Shown here in pieces: positions 1 to 11,940 of a stretch of DNA of 64,000 bases (positions within the stretch are counted from its first letter, which is position 1; each line of letters starts with the position of its first letter). The notes beneath the pieces are model-generated. The model worked only from the letters and a program-made list of their open reading frames with translations. It was not told the DNA's origin and searched no databases. The position numbers were made by a program, and so were the translations under genes. Source of the stretch: Sphyrna mokarran (Eukaryota); contig JAGIQG010000019.1 in NCBI GenBank assembly GCA_024679065.1, positions 14,570,001 through 14,634,000 of the forward strand. Reading direction: 5' to 3'.

Positions 1-255
1 CTGTGTAGAGTCCGCACATTCTCCTCATGTCTGTGGAAGTTTCCTGCGGATGCTCCAGTTTCCTCCCAAAAGTGAGTTATGTGCGGATTAGAATGATTGG
101 CCATGCTAAATTGACCCTTAGTGTCCCAGGATGTGTAGGTTAGAGGGATTAGTGGGTAAATATGTGGTATTCTAAGATAGGGCCTGGGTGGATTGTTGTC
201 ATTGCAGACCTGATGGGCCAAATGGCCTCCTTCTGCACTGTAGGGATTCTATAAT
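1..255 (+). mobile_element. HE1-like V-SINE, 5' part outside window, CR1/HER1-type tail
   Basis: V-core (ttctcctcatgtctgtggaagtttcc...gtttcctccc) and tail gatgggccaaatggcctccttctgcactgtagggattctat. Confidence 0.85.
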
Positions 256-454
256 TCCATGATTTCAGGAGTTCTCCAGAAGGTTTTCCTGAGTATTAGA
301 GCGCAGTAATCCCTCTTCCCCACCACACCATCAAAGCATGTATAGAGACCATAGCACTGATTTTTGCTTCTTGCCTTGCCATCAATATTTGCACCGCACT
401 GATCTGTTCCCAGGCTTTCCCAATATGTTTACAATAAACATTTCCATGGGCCGT

Positions 455-895
455 AAGACCATATGATGTAGGAGCAGAATTAGGCCATTCAGCCCATCCA
501 ATCTCCTTTGCCATTCAATCATGGTTGATATTTTTCTCATCCCCATTCTCCTGCCTTTTCCCCATTACCCCGGATACTCTTATTAATCAAGAATCTATCT
601 TTCTCTGTCTTAAAGACACTCAATGACCTGGCCTCCACAGCCTTCTGCGGCAAAGAGTTCCACAGATTCACTCTCTAGCTGAAGAAATTCTTTCCCATCG
701 CAGTTTTAAAGGATTATCTCTTTAGCCTCAGGTTGTGCCCCCTAGTTCTAGTTTTTCCTACTCCTGGAAACATCCTCTCCATGTCTACTCAATCTCGGGC
801 CTCACAATACCCTGTAAATTTCAATAAGATTCTCTCCTCATCCTTCTAAGCTCCAACAAGTACAAACCCAGAGCCTTCAATCGTTTCTCATGCGA
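455..895 (-). mobile_element. CR1 LINE 3' fragment
   Basis: Reverse complement of CR1 3' end (taggagcagaattaggccattcagccc) followed by RT C-terminal antisense sequence. Confidence 0.75.
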
Positions 896-1099
896 GAATT
901 TCTCATACGGTTTCCCCCCACAGTCTGAAAGACGTGCTGACTTGGTGCATTAACAACAGGTGCAGAGTGTGGCAACTAGGGATTTTTCACAGTAACTTCA
1001 TTGCAAATTAATGTAAGTCTTACTTGTGAGTAATAAATCAACTTTAAATCAGAAACAGAGACCTTACATTGGCTTCCAAACATTATTTTGAAGGTCTAA

Positions 1100-1855
1100 T
1101 ACTGTTAGAAACTATATAGGAAATAGTAGAACCCTTAAGAGTATTGTTCGGCAAAGGGATCTAGGTATATCGGTACACAGGTCACTGAAAGTGGCAATGC
1201 AGGTGGAGAAAATAGTCAAGAAGGCACATAGCATGCTTGCCTTCATCAAACTGGGGTACTGAGTTTAAAAATTGGTCATGTTTTATAGAACCTTAGTTAG
1301 GCCCCACTTAGTATATAGTGTTCAATTCTGATCGCCACACTACCAGAAAAATGTGCAGGCTTTGGAGAAGGTACAGAAAGTATTTACCAACTAATGCCTG
1401 GTATGGAGGGCATTAGCTTTGAGGAGAGGTTGGAGAAACTTGGTTTGTTCTCACTGGAACGACAGAGATTGAGGGAAGATCTGATAGAAGTCTACAAGAT
1501 TATGAGAAGTATGGACAGAGTGCATAGTCAGAAATTTTTTCCGAGGGCAGAAGAGTCAATTGCTAGGGGGCATAGGTTAAAGGTGCGAGGTGCAAGGTTT
1601 AAAGGAGATGTATGAGGCAGATTTTTTACGTAGAGAATAGAGAGTGCCTGGAACTCATTGCTGGGGAAGGTAGTGGAAGCGGATGCAGTAGTGACTTTTA
1701 AATGGAGACTTGACAAACACATGAATGGAATGGGAATAGAGAGATATCGTCCCCAGAAGGGTAGGGGGTTTTAGTTAAGTCAGGCAGCATAGCCAGTGCA
1801 GGGTTGGAGGGCTGAAGGGGCTGTTCCTGTGCTCTAATTTTCTTTATTCTTTGTT
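1100..1855 (+). mobile_element. CR1/HER1 LINE 3' fragment
   Basis: ORF 1394-1615 MPGMEGISFEERLEKLGLFSLERQRLREDLIEVYKIM is the CR1 ORF2 C-terminus; tail gggctgaaggggctgttcctgtgct. Confidence 0.9.
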
Positions 1856-1857
1856 TT

Positions 1858-3165
1858 TTGACAAACTCTTCATTCCAGGGATCATTCTTGTGAACCTCCT
1901 CTGGACCTTTCCCAAGGCCAACACATCCTTCCTTAGATATGGAGCCCAAAACTGCTCACAATACTCCAAATGGGGTCTGACCAGAGCCTTATACAGCCTT
2001 AGAAGTACGTTCCTGCCCTTGTATTCTAGCCCTCTTGACATGAATGCTAACATTGCATTTGCCTTCCTAACTGCCAGATGAACCTATATGTTAACCTTCA
2101 GAGAATCTTGAACAATGACTCCCAAGTCATTTTATGCTTCTGATTTCCTAAGCATTTTCTTATTTAAAAAATAGTCTATGCCTCCATTCCCCCTTGCAAA
2201 ATGCATAGCCTCACACTTTTCCACATTGTATTCCATCTGCCACTTCTTTGCTCACCCTCCTAACCTGCCCAAATCTTTCTCAGTCCCCTGCTTCCTCAAT
2301 ACTACTTGTCCCTCTACATATCTTTGCATCATCTACAAACTTAGCAACAGTGCCTTCTGTTCCTTCTTCCAAATCATTAATGTATATTGTGAAAAGTTGT
2401 GGTCTCATCTCTGACCCCTGAGGCACACCACTAGTCACTGGCTGCCATCCTGAAAAAGACCTCTTTAACCCCACTCTCTAAATTCTGCCAATCAGCCAAT
2501 CCCCTATCCATGCCAGGACCTTACCCTTAATAGCATGGGCACTTAACTTATTTAACAGTCTATTATGCGGCACCTTTGTCAAAGACTTCTGGAAATCTAA
2601 ATAAATCATGTCCACTGGTTCTCCTTTATCTAACTTCCTCATTTTCCTCAAAGAATTCTAACAGATTTGTCAATCATGACGCGCCCCCCCCTCCCACCGC
2701 CCCTGCTTGATGAAGCTGTGTGCTGTTCCATTTTATCATGCATTTCCAAGTAATCTGCGATCTCATCTTTATAATAGGTTCCAAGATCTTGCCAATGACC
2801 AAAGTCAGGCTAAACAGACTATAATTTCCCATCTTCTGTCTCCTCCCTTTTTAAACAGTGGTGTTAAATTAGCTACTTTGCAGTCCTCTGGTACTTTCAC
2901 CATCACCAATGCCTCCACAATTTGCTCAGCTGTCTCTTTTAGAACCCAGGAGTGCAGCCCATTCGGTCCAGGTGATTTACCCATCTTTAGATCTTTCAGT
3001 TTCCCTAAACTCTTCTCCTTAGTGATGGCTCCCGCTTTCTCCCTGTAACCTTTGATCCTCTTACCAATCAAGAACCTATCTATCTTAAATACACTCATTA
3101 ACCTGGCCTCCACAGCCTTCTGTGGCAATGATTTCCATAGATTCACCAGCTTCTGGCTGAAGAAG
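1858..3165 (-). mobile_element. CR1 LINE RT fragments
   Basis: Minus-strand ORFs with [38 protein letters not shown]. Confidence 0.9.
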
Positions 3166-3789
3166 GGACTATATGAAAACCTCCACAGCCCTTATGCAGA
3201 GAGGACACTCAGTGGGGCGAGTAAATTGGCTGCTCAAATGATAATATCCAACGGACAGATATATTTGTGGGGTGTGAGGGTGGGTGTGGGGGATAATTGC
3301 AGACTGAGAGATGTCCAGTGCTGTGTTGTATATCATTCGTTTAGAACATAAAAGCAAATGAAACTGATCGGAAAGAAAAAACAGCTAGTTCATCAATTCT
3401 GGCCCAATATCCGACCTGAGCCAGGACTGAATACTTCATTCCAGCTCCCACCTCTCATACCCTCCTGCAGCTATGCAAACTCCTGGCAAAGGTAATGATT
3501 TCAGGGACAACAAAGGGGAATAGAACCTGGAAAAATTCCTCGTGATCCCTCTTGGGTGATCGAAACCAGTCCAAGAATTCACGTGAACCAGTGGTTAGAT
3601 ATAAAGATACTTGGTCTTTGAGGTAATGTGACCTTTGTTGGAACCCGATCCCTCTTGAAAACACATTATGGTTTGTACTCACTGAACCACAAAGCAACCT
3701 GCTCCAGAGGTTTGCAACTCTCTGAGAACAGAACAACTGCCTAAAATCCAATCTGTTCCTCGCTGACAGGCTAAACAAAACTTCTGTTT

Positions 3790-4200
3790 CACTTTTTCAT
3801 AGGCTGTGGGCATCACTGGCAAGGCTAAACTTTCTTGCCCATCTCTAATTACCCTTGAACTGAACGGCTTGCTAGTCCATTTCAAAGGGTAGTTAAGAGT
3901 CAACCACATCGTTGTATCTCTGGAGTCACGTGTAGATCAGACCAGGTAAAGATGGCAGATATTCCCTCTCTGAATGGCATTAGTGAACCTGATGGGTTTT
4001 CATGACTATTGATTGTAACTTTGAAGTCACTATTACTGCGACTAGCTTTATTATTCAGCTTTATATATATTGCACCTTTATTAGTTGAACTTAAATTCTA
4101 CCAGCAGCCACAGTGGGATTTGAATCCCTGTCCCCAGAGAATTAGCCTGAGCCTTTAGGTTACTAATTCAGTGACATTCTCATAATGCCACCATCTTCCC
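3790..4200 (-). mobile_element. tRNA-derived SINE, second family (called type C here)
   Basis: tRNA-like head gggaagatggtggc...ttcaaatcccac on minus; tail gggtaattagagatgggca matches the LINE 3' end at 43550-44060; other copies at ~17665, 24430, 50400. Confidence 0.75.
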
Positions 4201-4264
4201 AATTTTGTGAATAAGTCTCTTTGAAAAGCAAAGGAAAATTATGTAAATTTAGGTAGATACAATC

Positions 4265-4595
4265 TCACAGAATCCCCTACAGTGCAGAAGAGGTTATTCG
4301 GCCCATCGAGTCTGTACCTACTCTCTGAGAGAGTATTTACCTAGGCCCTATCCCCCACCCCACGATCCCAAATATTTACCATGGCTAATCCCATCTAACC
4401 TACGCATCTTTGGACACCAAGGGGCAATTTAGCATGCTCAATCCACCTAATCTGTACATCTTTGGAGTGTGGAAGGAAATCCACACAGGCACAGGGAAGG
4501 AATGTACAAACCCCACGCAGATAGTTAGCGAGGGCTGGAATTGAACCTGGGTCCCTGGCACTATGAGGCAGCAGTGCTAGCCACTGTGCCACCCA
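4265..4595 (-). mobile_element. HE1-like SINE (CR1 tail)
   Basis: ggtggcacagtggctagcactgctgcctcatagtgccagggacccaggttcaattcc head on minus strand. Confidence 0.85.
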
Positions 4596-5509
4596 AATTT
4601 CTAAGCCTTTCCCATAGCAAGAAAGAGAAAATATTTGACTTGAAGATTATTCAGTTGAAATCAAATTTAGGTTGATGTGCATATACGTGATGTTGCTCTT
4701 GTGTGTTTATTTCTCTCTCAGAGAGTAGGGGCAAACTCAATGGGCCAAATGGCCTCTTCTGCACTGTAGGGATTCTATGAAATTCAATCTATCTAAATTT
4801 ATTTGATTTTCTTTTGCTTTCCAAAGAGACTTGCTCACATAGTTGGCAAGATGGTGGCATTATGGGAATATCACTGAATTATAACTGAAAGGCTTAGACT
4901 AATCCTCTTAATGCATTTGTGTTTAAATAGTTTCATGAGTTTTAAAGCCATGTAAAACGTTGTTGAACAGACATTAAATAGAATGTATTTTAATTATCAG
5001 ATCACTGCTGGATAGTTCTGCCAAATGCTAATTTAAAGAATATTGGGAAAGTTGTTTTATTTGGGCATTACGCACAGTTGAAGATTAAATTGCTAACCTC
5101 TTACCAAATTTTCTCCACTAGGTGGCATTACTGTTCTATTGTAGAGCTTGGAGCCGCATAGAGTATTAGTCACGAGTTTTCATTTTGAAGGCTATTTTTG
5201 TACAATTAGCTTTGTACAATTATCATGGCAGAGTTGTAAATGAGAAGCATTACACATAAATTGTATAATGATGCAAATTCCAATAACACTGCTTATAATT
5301 TGTTTTATTGTACACTCTTGAGATGTGAACATGTCTGGCCAATCTCTAATTAGTCTTAAGAAAACGGTGGGGAATCAACTTCTAGAAGTGTTGCATCCAC
5401 CCGGTGTAAGTGCATATAGCCTGCTATTTACTTGCTGTAATGGGCTTTGCTACTAAGTCCATTTCAGAAGGCAGTTAACAGTCAACAACATTGCTGCGGA
5501 TTTGGAATC

Positions 5510-6638
5510 ACAAAAATACCATATGGTCAAACAGGCCATCTAAAATGGCAATTTGTAAAGCACTCTGGGACAATTGGGCAAAAACTAAAATGACAGGCTC
5601 CAGCCTAAAAGACAGAGATAAACAGGCTGCAACCCAACAAATGAATACACAGGATATGGGTCATCTCCAGGACAAAAGAGGCCTTCTGATCAAACTGGGT
5701 TGTTTACCAGACGTAGGGGTGCTGTAACCCCTTATTTGGGAGGGAGGTGTGTACTCTATGTGCCCCCAGCACCTGCAGACAGTGCCATTGGACACACACC
5801 GAAGGATTGGTGTGGCTGCACCTGATTGGACTTCATTGATCAGGGTGATTGGCAATGGCCAAAAAGGGCATGAAATCCAACGGGACATCAAGGACACTGT
5901 GCACCCAAGAATCTCTCTCTCTCTCTCTGAAACTATGAATGAGCTACAACAACGGTGACCATCACCAGCGACAACCAGCATAAGGACAACCACAGCCGAC
6001 AAGGAAGGAAGACCGGAGCCAGAGTTCCAGACCAGACCAAAGGAGCAGACTACACAGAAGATGACCGAGACCAGCGCACAGATAAAGGCCAATATCTGCT
6101 TGGGTACTTGCCAGTTATGCAAAGTTAAAGTCATCTATAGGACTTGAACAGCACGATAGCACAGTGGTTAGCACTGCTGCTTTACAACTCCAGGGACCTG
6201 GATTCGATTCCTGGCTCAGGTCACTGACTGTTTGCACATTCTCCTCATGTCTGTGTAGGTTTCTTCCAGGTGCTCTGGTTTCCTCCCACAGTCCAAAGAT
6301 GTGCAGGTTAAGTTGATTGACCATGCTAAAATTGCCCCTTAATGCCCTGGGATGTGTAGGTTAGAGGAATTAGTGGGTAAATATGTAGGGATATGGGGAT
6401 AGGACCTGGTTGGGATTGTGGTCAGTGCTGACTTGATGGGCCAAAGGGCCTCTTTCTGCGCTGCAGAGTTCTATGACTCTAACTCTAGTATTTTCTGTAA
6501 AGATAACTTACAGTTGATTGGATGGGTGATTATTGATTTTGTGTCTTAAATAAATATCGGTTGTACTAACAAGACGTCTACTCGCAGTTATTTGTCCACC
6601 GTATAAGGATTAAAACAGACTATGCAGCAGGCACAACA
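5510..6638 (+). mobile_element. 5' LTR of ERV (5' boundary uncertain; interrupted by SINE)
   Basis: Ends ...gcacaACA two bases before a PBS; AATAAA near 6548; immediately upstream of gag. Confidence 0.7.
6148..6485 (+). mobile_element. HE1-like SINE inserted in the ERV LTR
   Basis: cagcacgatagcacagtggttagcactgctgc head, V-core, CR1-type tail. Confidence 0.9.
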
Positions 6639-6640
6639 AC

Positions 6641-6658
6641 TGGCAACTCCGCCAGGAC
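6641..6658 (+). promoter_or_regulatory. Primer-binding site, tRNA-Arg(TCT)
   Basis: TGGCAACTCCGCCAGGAC vs recalled vertebrate tRNA-Arg-TCT complement TGGCGACTCCGCCGGGAC (16/18, both mismatches CG>CA). Confidence 0.8.
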
Positions 6659-6932
6659 ATCAACAAGAAGTAACTTTGTTGCTCCGATATCAAATACCGC
6701 AGAATCTATATTAAACTATTATTTAAAACTCAGAGCCAACAGGTGAAAACTCCTTACTGGACAAATAACTGCTTTCGAGAAATTGTTTATTGTGCATGCA
6801 TTTTTACTAACAAGGAGGATACAATAAACTTCATAGGTTTGCATTAGAATCCAGAGGGATTAGGACAGGAATGTAGTCCAAAGCTGTACCCATAGTCCAA
6901 TCAACTCCCTACCCCTTGTCATTGAATATAGG

Positions 6933-8684
6933 ATGACAGGAAATAGCATAGAGACTGAGAAGTGTTTCATATGGGAAACAAAAATCAGGGAATTTATTAA
7001 GAAGAAAGAGTGATCCCTATGGGCACAATCTTGTGACAACACTGAGACGGGATTGGGATCCCTAGGGCAGAAGTACTGGGATGATCTAAGGAAAGTTCAG
7101 GGAAAACGGGCAGACAAAAATGAGAAAGAAATTGCCATTGTGAGCTGTTGAGGACAGCTGTTCGGAACAGAAAAAGAATTAATCACAGTTCATAAGGAAC
7201 TGGAATTGAAGCAGGCACAGGAGGAAAAGGAGGAGATTAAGAAACTAAGGGAACAACAGCAGGAGAGGATAGAACAAATAAGAGCCAAAAAGGACAGAGA
7301 GATAGATGAATTAAGGAGAACTAACCAGGCAAATTTATTACTTTTGGACAATTTTCAAACCTGGCATGAGAGAGCCTATCAAGACACCCAACGACAGTCT
7401 TGGCCAAAGATGAAGCTGAGCAGGCAGTAACCCAATTGCAAGCCAAGTGCTCTGCTCTACAGGCGGCAATAAAAACCTACATCAAGTCAGTAAACAACAG
7501 AGACAGGCAACTGCTGACCACTCCAAATGCCAGTGAGAAATTTCATGGCTGGAATTTCGATTATCGATTCAGAATGGATTTATGTGCACCTTCAGGACAG
7601 TAGAGAAAGAGGAGATAGAGAATGCGGATTGGGGAGAGTTAAAGGAGAATGCTAGACTTCACACAAACCAAAGATTGGGGTCCACCCCACCTTATACCCA
7701 CTGCGCCCCCAGATTCATCTCCAGTACTGACGTACATCGGGTAGGAGAGTCTCAGGGCCCACTTGTTACATATACAACCCCGTTTATAGTGGCTCAATTG
7801 GCCGAAATCACAAATAAAGTCATAACTTTTGAATCATCAGCGATCTGCACAATTCCTTTGAGGATGTTAGGCAGCAGAAGATAACGCATAGGTTAGATGA
7901 AAGGGAAGAGGTAAAGCAGACAGTCATGAGCTTAAGCAAGTCTGTATGGTCTGCCCTGCCAGCCCCTCAAAATATTGGGGAAGGAACCTTAAATAAAATG
8001 AAGGAAGCAATGTTGACTGCAGTAGAATTTAATAAAGGGGATCTTGTAGAGGGGTTAAATAAATGTAGACAGAGGAAAGGGGAACATCCGACTGCCTTTG
8101 CCAGTTGTTTGTGGATCCACTTCACAGGAGGATATGGGGAATTAGATTGGGCTAGATTAAATGAGGCTGATTCATCCAAATGGACTTGGACATTAGTGTC
8201 GCACACAACAGAGGAAGGCAAGAAAGTCTGCGCTAATTTTGACCCCACAGAGATCACACAAAATGAAGACTGCTTCTTAGATGCTTAGCTTGAGTCTGGG
8301 AACAGGAAGTTCAGGGACCCCCAATGTCATGGTCAGAAAGGAAGGCGAGCATGCTTCCCATGAGGGCTACTCAGGGTCTGGTATAGAGAAACGAGGGTAG
8401 ATGGGATCACCAAAACCAGAGAGATATAGCTCCACCTTTCACAGAGATAGAGGGACATGTTTTAATTGCAGGCAGCCAGGACACTTTGCGCGAGGTTGTA
8501 GGAGATCCCCGCTGCCGTACACACGGACCCTGAGACTGAGAACTACTGGCTCCTCTAGTTAGAACAGCTCCTCGATACAAGAGAGAACACCGTCCACCAC
8601 CGATTGAAAGTCCTGGTCATCCCATGCATACCATAAGCACAAGCCCTGTATCCAACTGTCCCTGCCAAAGGAACCCTAGATTGA
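6933..8684 (+). pseudogene. gag: ERV gag, disrupted
   Basis: ATG 6933; coiled-coil segment KQAQEEKEEIKKLREQQQERIEQ; capsid-like ORF 7926-8288; zinc knuckle CFNCRQPGHFARGC (CX2CX4HX4C) at 8458-8499; multiple stops and frameshifts. Confidence 0.85.
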
Positions 8685-9080
8685 CAGTGCCTGGCTTCCC
8701 GAACTTGGATCTGTAGCGCCACGTGGCATAGTGTAGGGAGACCCTAGTTAACCGGTGAGGTAACAGGCCACTTTATAGAATTCCTTTGGGATACCAGAGG
8801 CTCCCAAACTATCTTGAATGTATCAAAATTAAAAACAGACCTCCCTTGGTCAACTGTGGGCACAATTACACTCAGTGGATTCACAGGACACATGCAGAAG
8901 GGATGCATTACAAGCTATGTACAGGTCTGTCTACGTAACATAGTGTGTGACCATCTGGTGGTGTTCGTTGACCTTCCCTCAAGCGCTGAACATATCCTGA
9001 GGTCCGATTATATGAATAAATGTAATCTTTCATTTGATCCAACAAATCTGGATCTGTATTTGGCAGATGGCTACGATTAG
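8685..9080 (+). pseudogene. pro: ERV aspartic protease, disrupted
   Basis: EFLWDT(R)GSQT at 8778-8810 (DTG mutated), ITLSGFTG flap, HIL(R)SDYM = ILGxD motif. Confidence 0.85.
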
Positions 9081-9975
9081 CAGAGCTCCATCAATCATTC
9101 CAGTCAGGACATATGCTAATAGGATTAACACAATAGGGGAATTCTGGTTTGATCCCTTAGCGATTAGCAGTGATCCAGCCATCAGGGACATGCTTCAAAG
9201 AAACAACGGGGAGCTTGCGCAGCATAAACATAATTGTGGCCAGATACCTGGGGAGGTGTTTACTGAAGGGCCGAATCTGAAACCACAGAGACAATACGGT
9301 TTCGCCAAACAGTCAGAGGGGGTGGTAGCCAAACTCATTGATAGTCTATTACAGCAGGGGTTGTTGAGATAAGTGGCATCCACAAATAACAGCCTGTGAA
9401 GAAGGTAGATGGATCATGGAGGTTAACGGTTGACTACTGGGAATTAAATAAGGTTACCCCACTCTTGGCCCCCATAGTAGCCACAAGCCCCGTCACCATG
9501 ATGAGATGTGCGCAAAATTTTTCATGGTGCTAGATATTAGTAATGGCTTCTGGTCCATCTCTTTAAACCGGTCTTGTCTATACAAGTTTGTCTTTACTTT
9601 CCAAGGACAGCAATACAGTTGGATTTGTCTATCACAGGGTTTCCATAATTCGCCATTCATCTTTCACATGCGACTAGCTAGCGGACTAGAAAAATTTTCC
9701 TGACCCAAGTGCTTGTAGACAATTTATTGTTACAGACTAACACCAAAGAGGAGCAGATAACGTTGCTGGATGAATTACTCGCACTGCTCCACTCATTAGG
9801 CTGCAAAGTCTACCTGAAAAAGACCCAAATTTTGCAGCCCAAGGGTTATATACCTAGGTACAGTGATTACCCATGGGAAGAGCGAGATTGAACAGAAAAG
9901 AATACGCTACAGAGTGCACCTTCCGCTACCCTGACACATGTGTGCCTTTGATCTTTCCTAGGTCTAGTAGACAGT
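9034..9975 (+). pseudogene. pol: ERV reverse transcriptase, disrupted; RNase H and integrase core absent
   Basis: PQRQYG, VKKVDGSWRLTVDYWELNK, LDISNGFWSI, QYSWICLSQGFHNSP, VDNLLL (decayed YVDD), SFLGLV. Confidence 0.9.
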
Positions 9976-10400
9976 GCAAAAGCCTGATACAATATGCAGC
10001 TGCTCTGCATTCCAAATAACACTGAGAATTTTATTTCCAGTGCCAGTCATCCAATTTCAGAGCCAAATCGGGGTGCAAGAAAATCAGCATTCAAACTGAT
10101 TAAGCGGAAATGGAGGAGAACAAAAGCATCTTTCACAGTGGTTGTGATTTGTGCCAGAATCACTGATTGTACTCTAAGCAAAAATTCTAACTCACTATTC
10201 TTGTATTCATTTACTGCAGAATAGATGCAGTGCGGCCCTGTTATAAGAAAGAGTGAAAAAAGAAGGGTCCAACGAGTCATTGCATTATATCCAAATTCAC
10301 GCTAAATCAGGGCGTGTAAAATCGGGGCTTCACTACATTAATTGCGATAACAGCAGAAACTATATTGATCTCTTCAGGACAGTGATGGACGACAACAGAG

Positions 10401-11940
10401 ATGCAACCTACGATCTACCTCACCGGACTCATCATCGGGATAAGCATACAGGACATTCCAAGCAAGATGAACTTGTGATATCCAGGTTTGCCCCACCTGA
10501 CATGGGGGAATGTGAGATGGGTGTGTTACGGGCGCACTCTGAGTATAATGTTTGAATGTAATAACCAATGGCTGGTATACAAAAAAACCAAATGGCAGTT
10601 CAGCTGAATGTTATCTGAGTGTCACCATAGAAAAGGACTGGTAGGGATTTTCAAATAATGGGTGCTCTGAAATTGGATGACTGGCCAACAGCCCAGAGAA
10701 AGGATTAGAGCTCGGGCAGCGGTGTCCTGGGACACTTGTAGAGGGGGACTTTGCATTGAATGAAATAAGAACTGGACCGAAGTCAATCCCAGACCAATCC
10801 CCCTCGAATTGTTCTGAAGCCAACCCCGGTCCACAGAATGGATTGATGCTAAAACACACAGGGAATATCTTTATGACAACATCCACCACAAATTGGTACC
10901 TGTGGTGTGTGAATATCGCTGGGACTCAACTACCAGAATGGTGCACTCCCCAGTTTAAGAGATTATGCCTCTTCTTAACTTGCAGATTATTAGGAAGGAA
11001 GGTAGGAATGGATGAAAGACAGGAAAAATCCATGAGGGAGTCAGTCAATGACATGACCACAGCATACGGGCAGGGATAGCTATCAATGCCCTTGATTTAG
11101 CTGACAATAAACTTAGAGTTCTGACCCAACAGGTTAAGTAGACACTAATTTTATTAATGAGGACAATCAGCAAGATGCTGAAGGGGAGCTGACTGGGAAC
11201 ACAGCCAGCAGCCACATGGTCGCTGTATTAGAAGGATCACGCCAAAATAATCAAACAAATTAGAGGATGATCACCGACTACAGAACCGGACTTCATGTAG
11301 TGCATACGGACAGTCGATGGTAGTACAGCTAAGGGAAAACCTAGAGCAGGTACGCAGAGGACAGGTTCTGTCTTGGATTAGTAATCGACAGATGGAACAT
11401 CTATTTACACCTAAGGAACACCCTAGTTAACTGCTGCTGGATGCGACAGTTGACCAAGTCTGGTTCAATGACAACTGCAAAGGGACTCCAGGGAAAGCCT
11501 TAGGAATGATTGTAGTGTTCTCCATTATCACTGATGACTGGGTCGGACCGAGGGTCTTAGAAGTGGAGAATATAGAGACTATCCATGAGGATATGTGGAT
11601 AGGGCATGATGGCACTTTACCACACGCAATGGAGAAAAAAGTGATGCTCATAGGCACTACTCTGGACAGATGTCAACAAATTGATGAAATAATCACACGC
11701 CCGTACCCAGTTTACTTAAATGAGCATGCACTATGTGGCTTCACACCAAACACCAGCCTAAATTGCACAGTAGAAGCTTATAGCCTGGACACAGACATAA
11801 CTCGGGTAGCTTACAAGGGAGCAGGGAGATACTGTCTCACCACCTCCCTCAAACAATATCAGTATGGTGCGACATATTGTAACATTACAAACATTACATT
11901 CTGCATCAAACCAGATATACCAGTCAGGCTGGGCCTCATT
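10401..11940 (+). pseudogene. env: ERV env-like glycoprotein, disrupted, 3'-truncated
   Basis: Acceptor-like tctcttcag (~10369-10377); hydrophobic start MQPTIYLTGLIIGISI; fusion-peptide-like SVNDMTTAYG/GIAINALDL then heptad-like stretch; Cys-rich ORF 11506-11940 with N-glycosylation sequons (NTS, NCT, NIT). Confidence 0.7.

Noticed and set aside
6933-11940. Classification as a foamy virus or plain Gypsy element
   Set aside because: CCHC Gag, Arg PBS and in-frame gag-pro stop argue against foamy; RT motifs and env argue against ordinary Gypsy. Not formally excluded without a phylogeny
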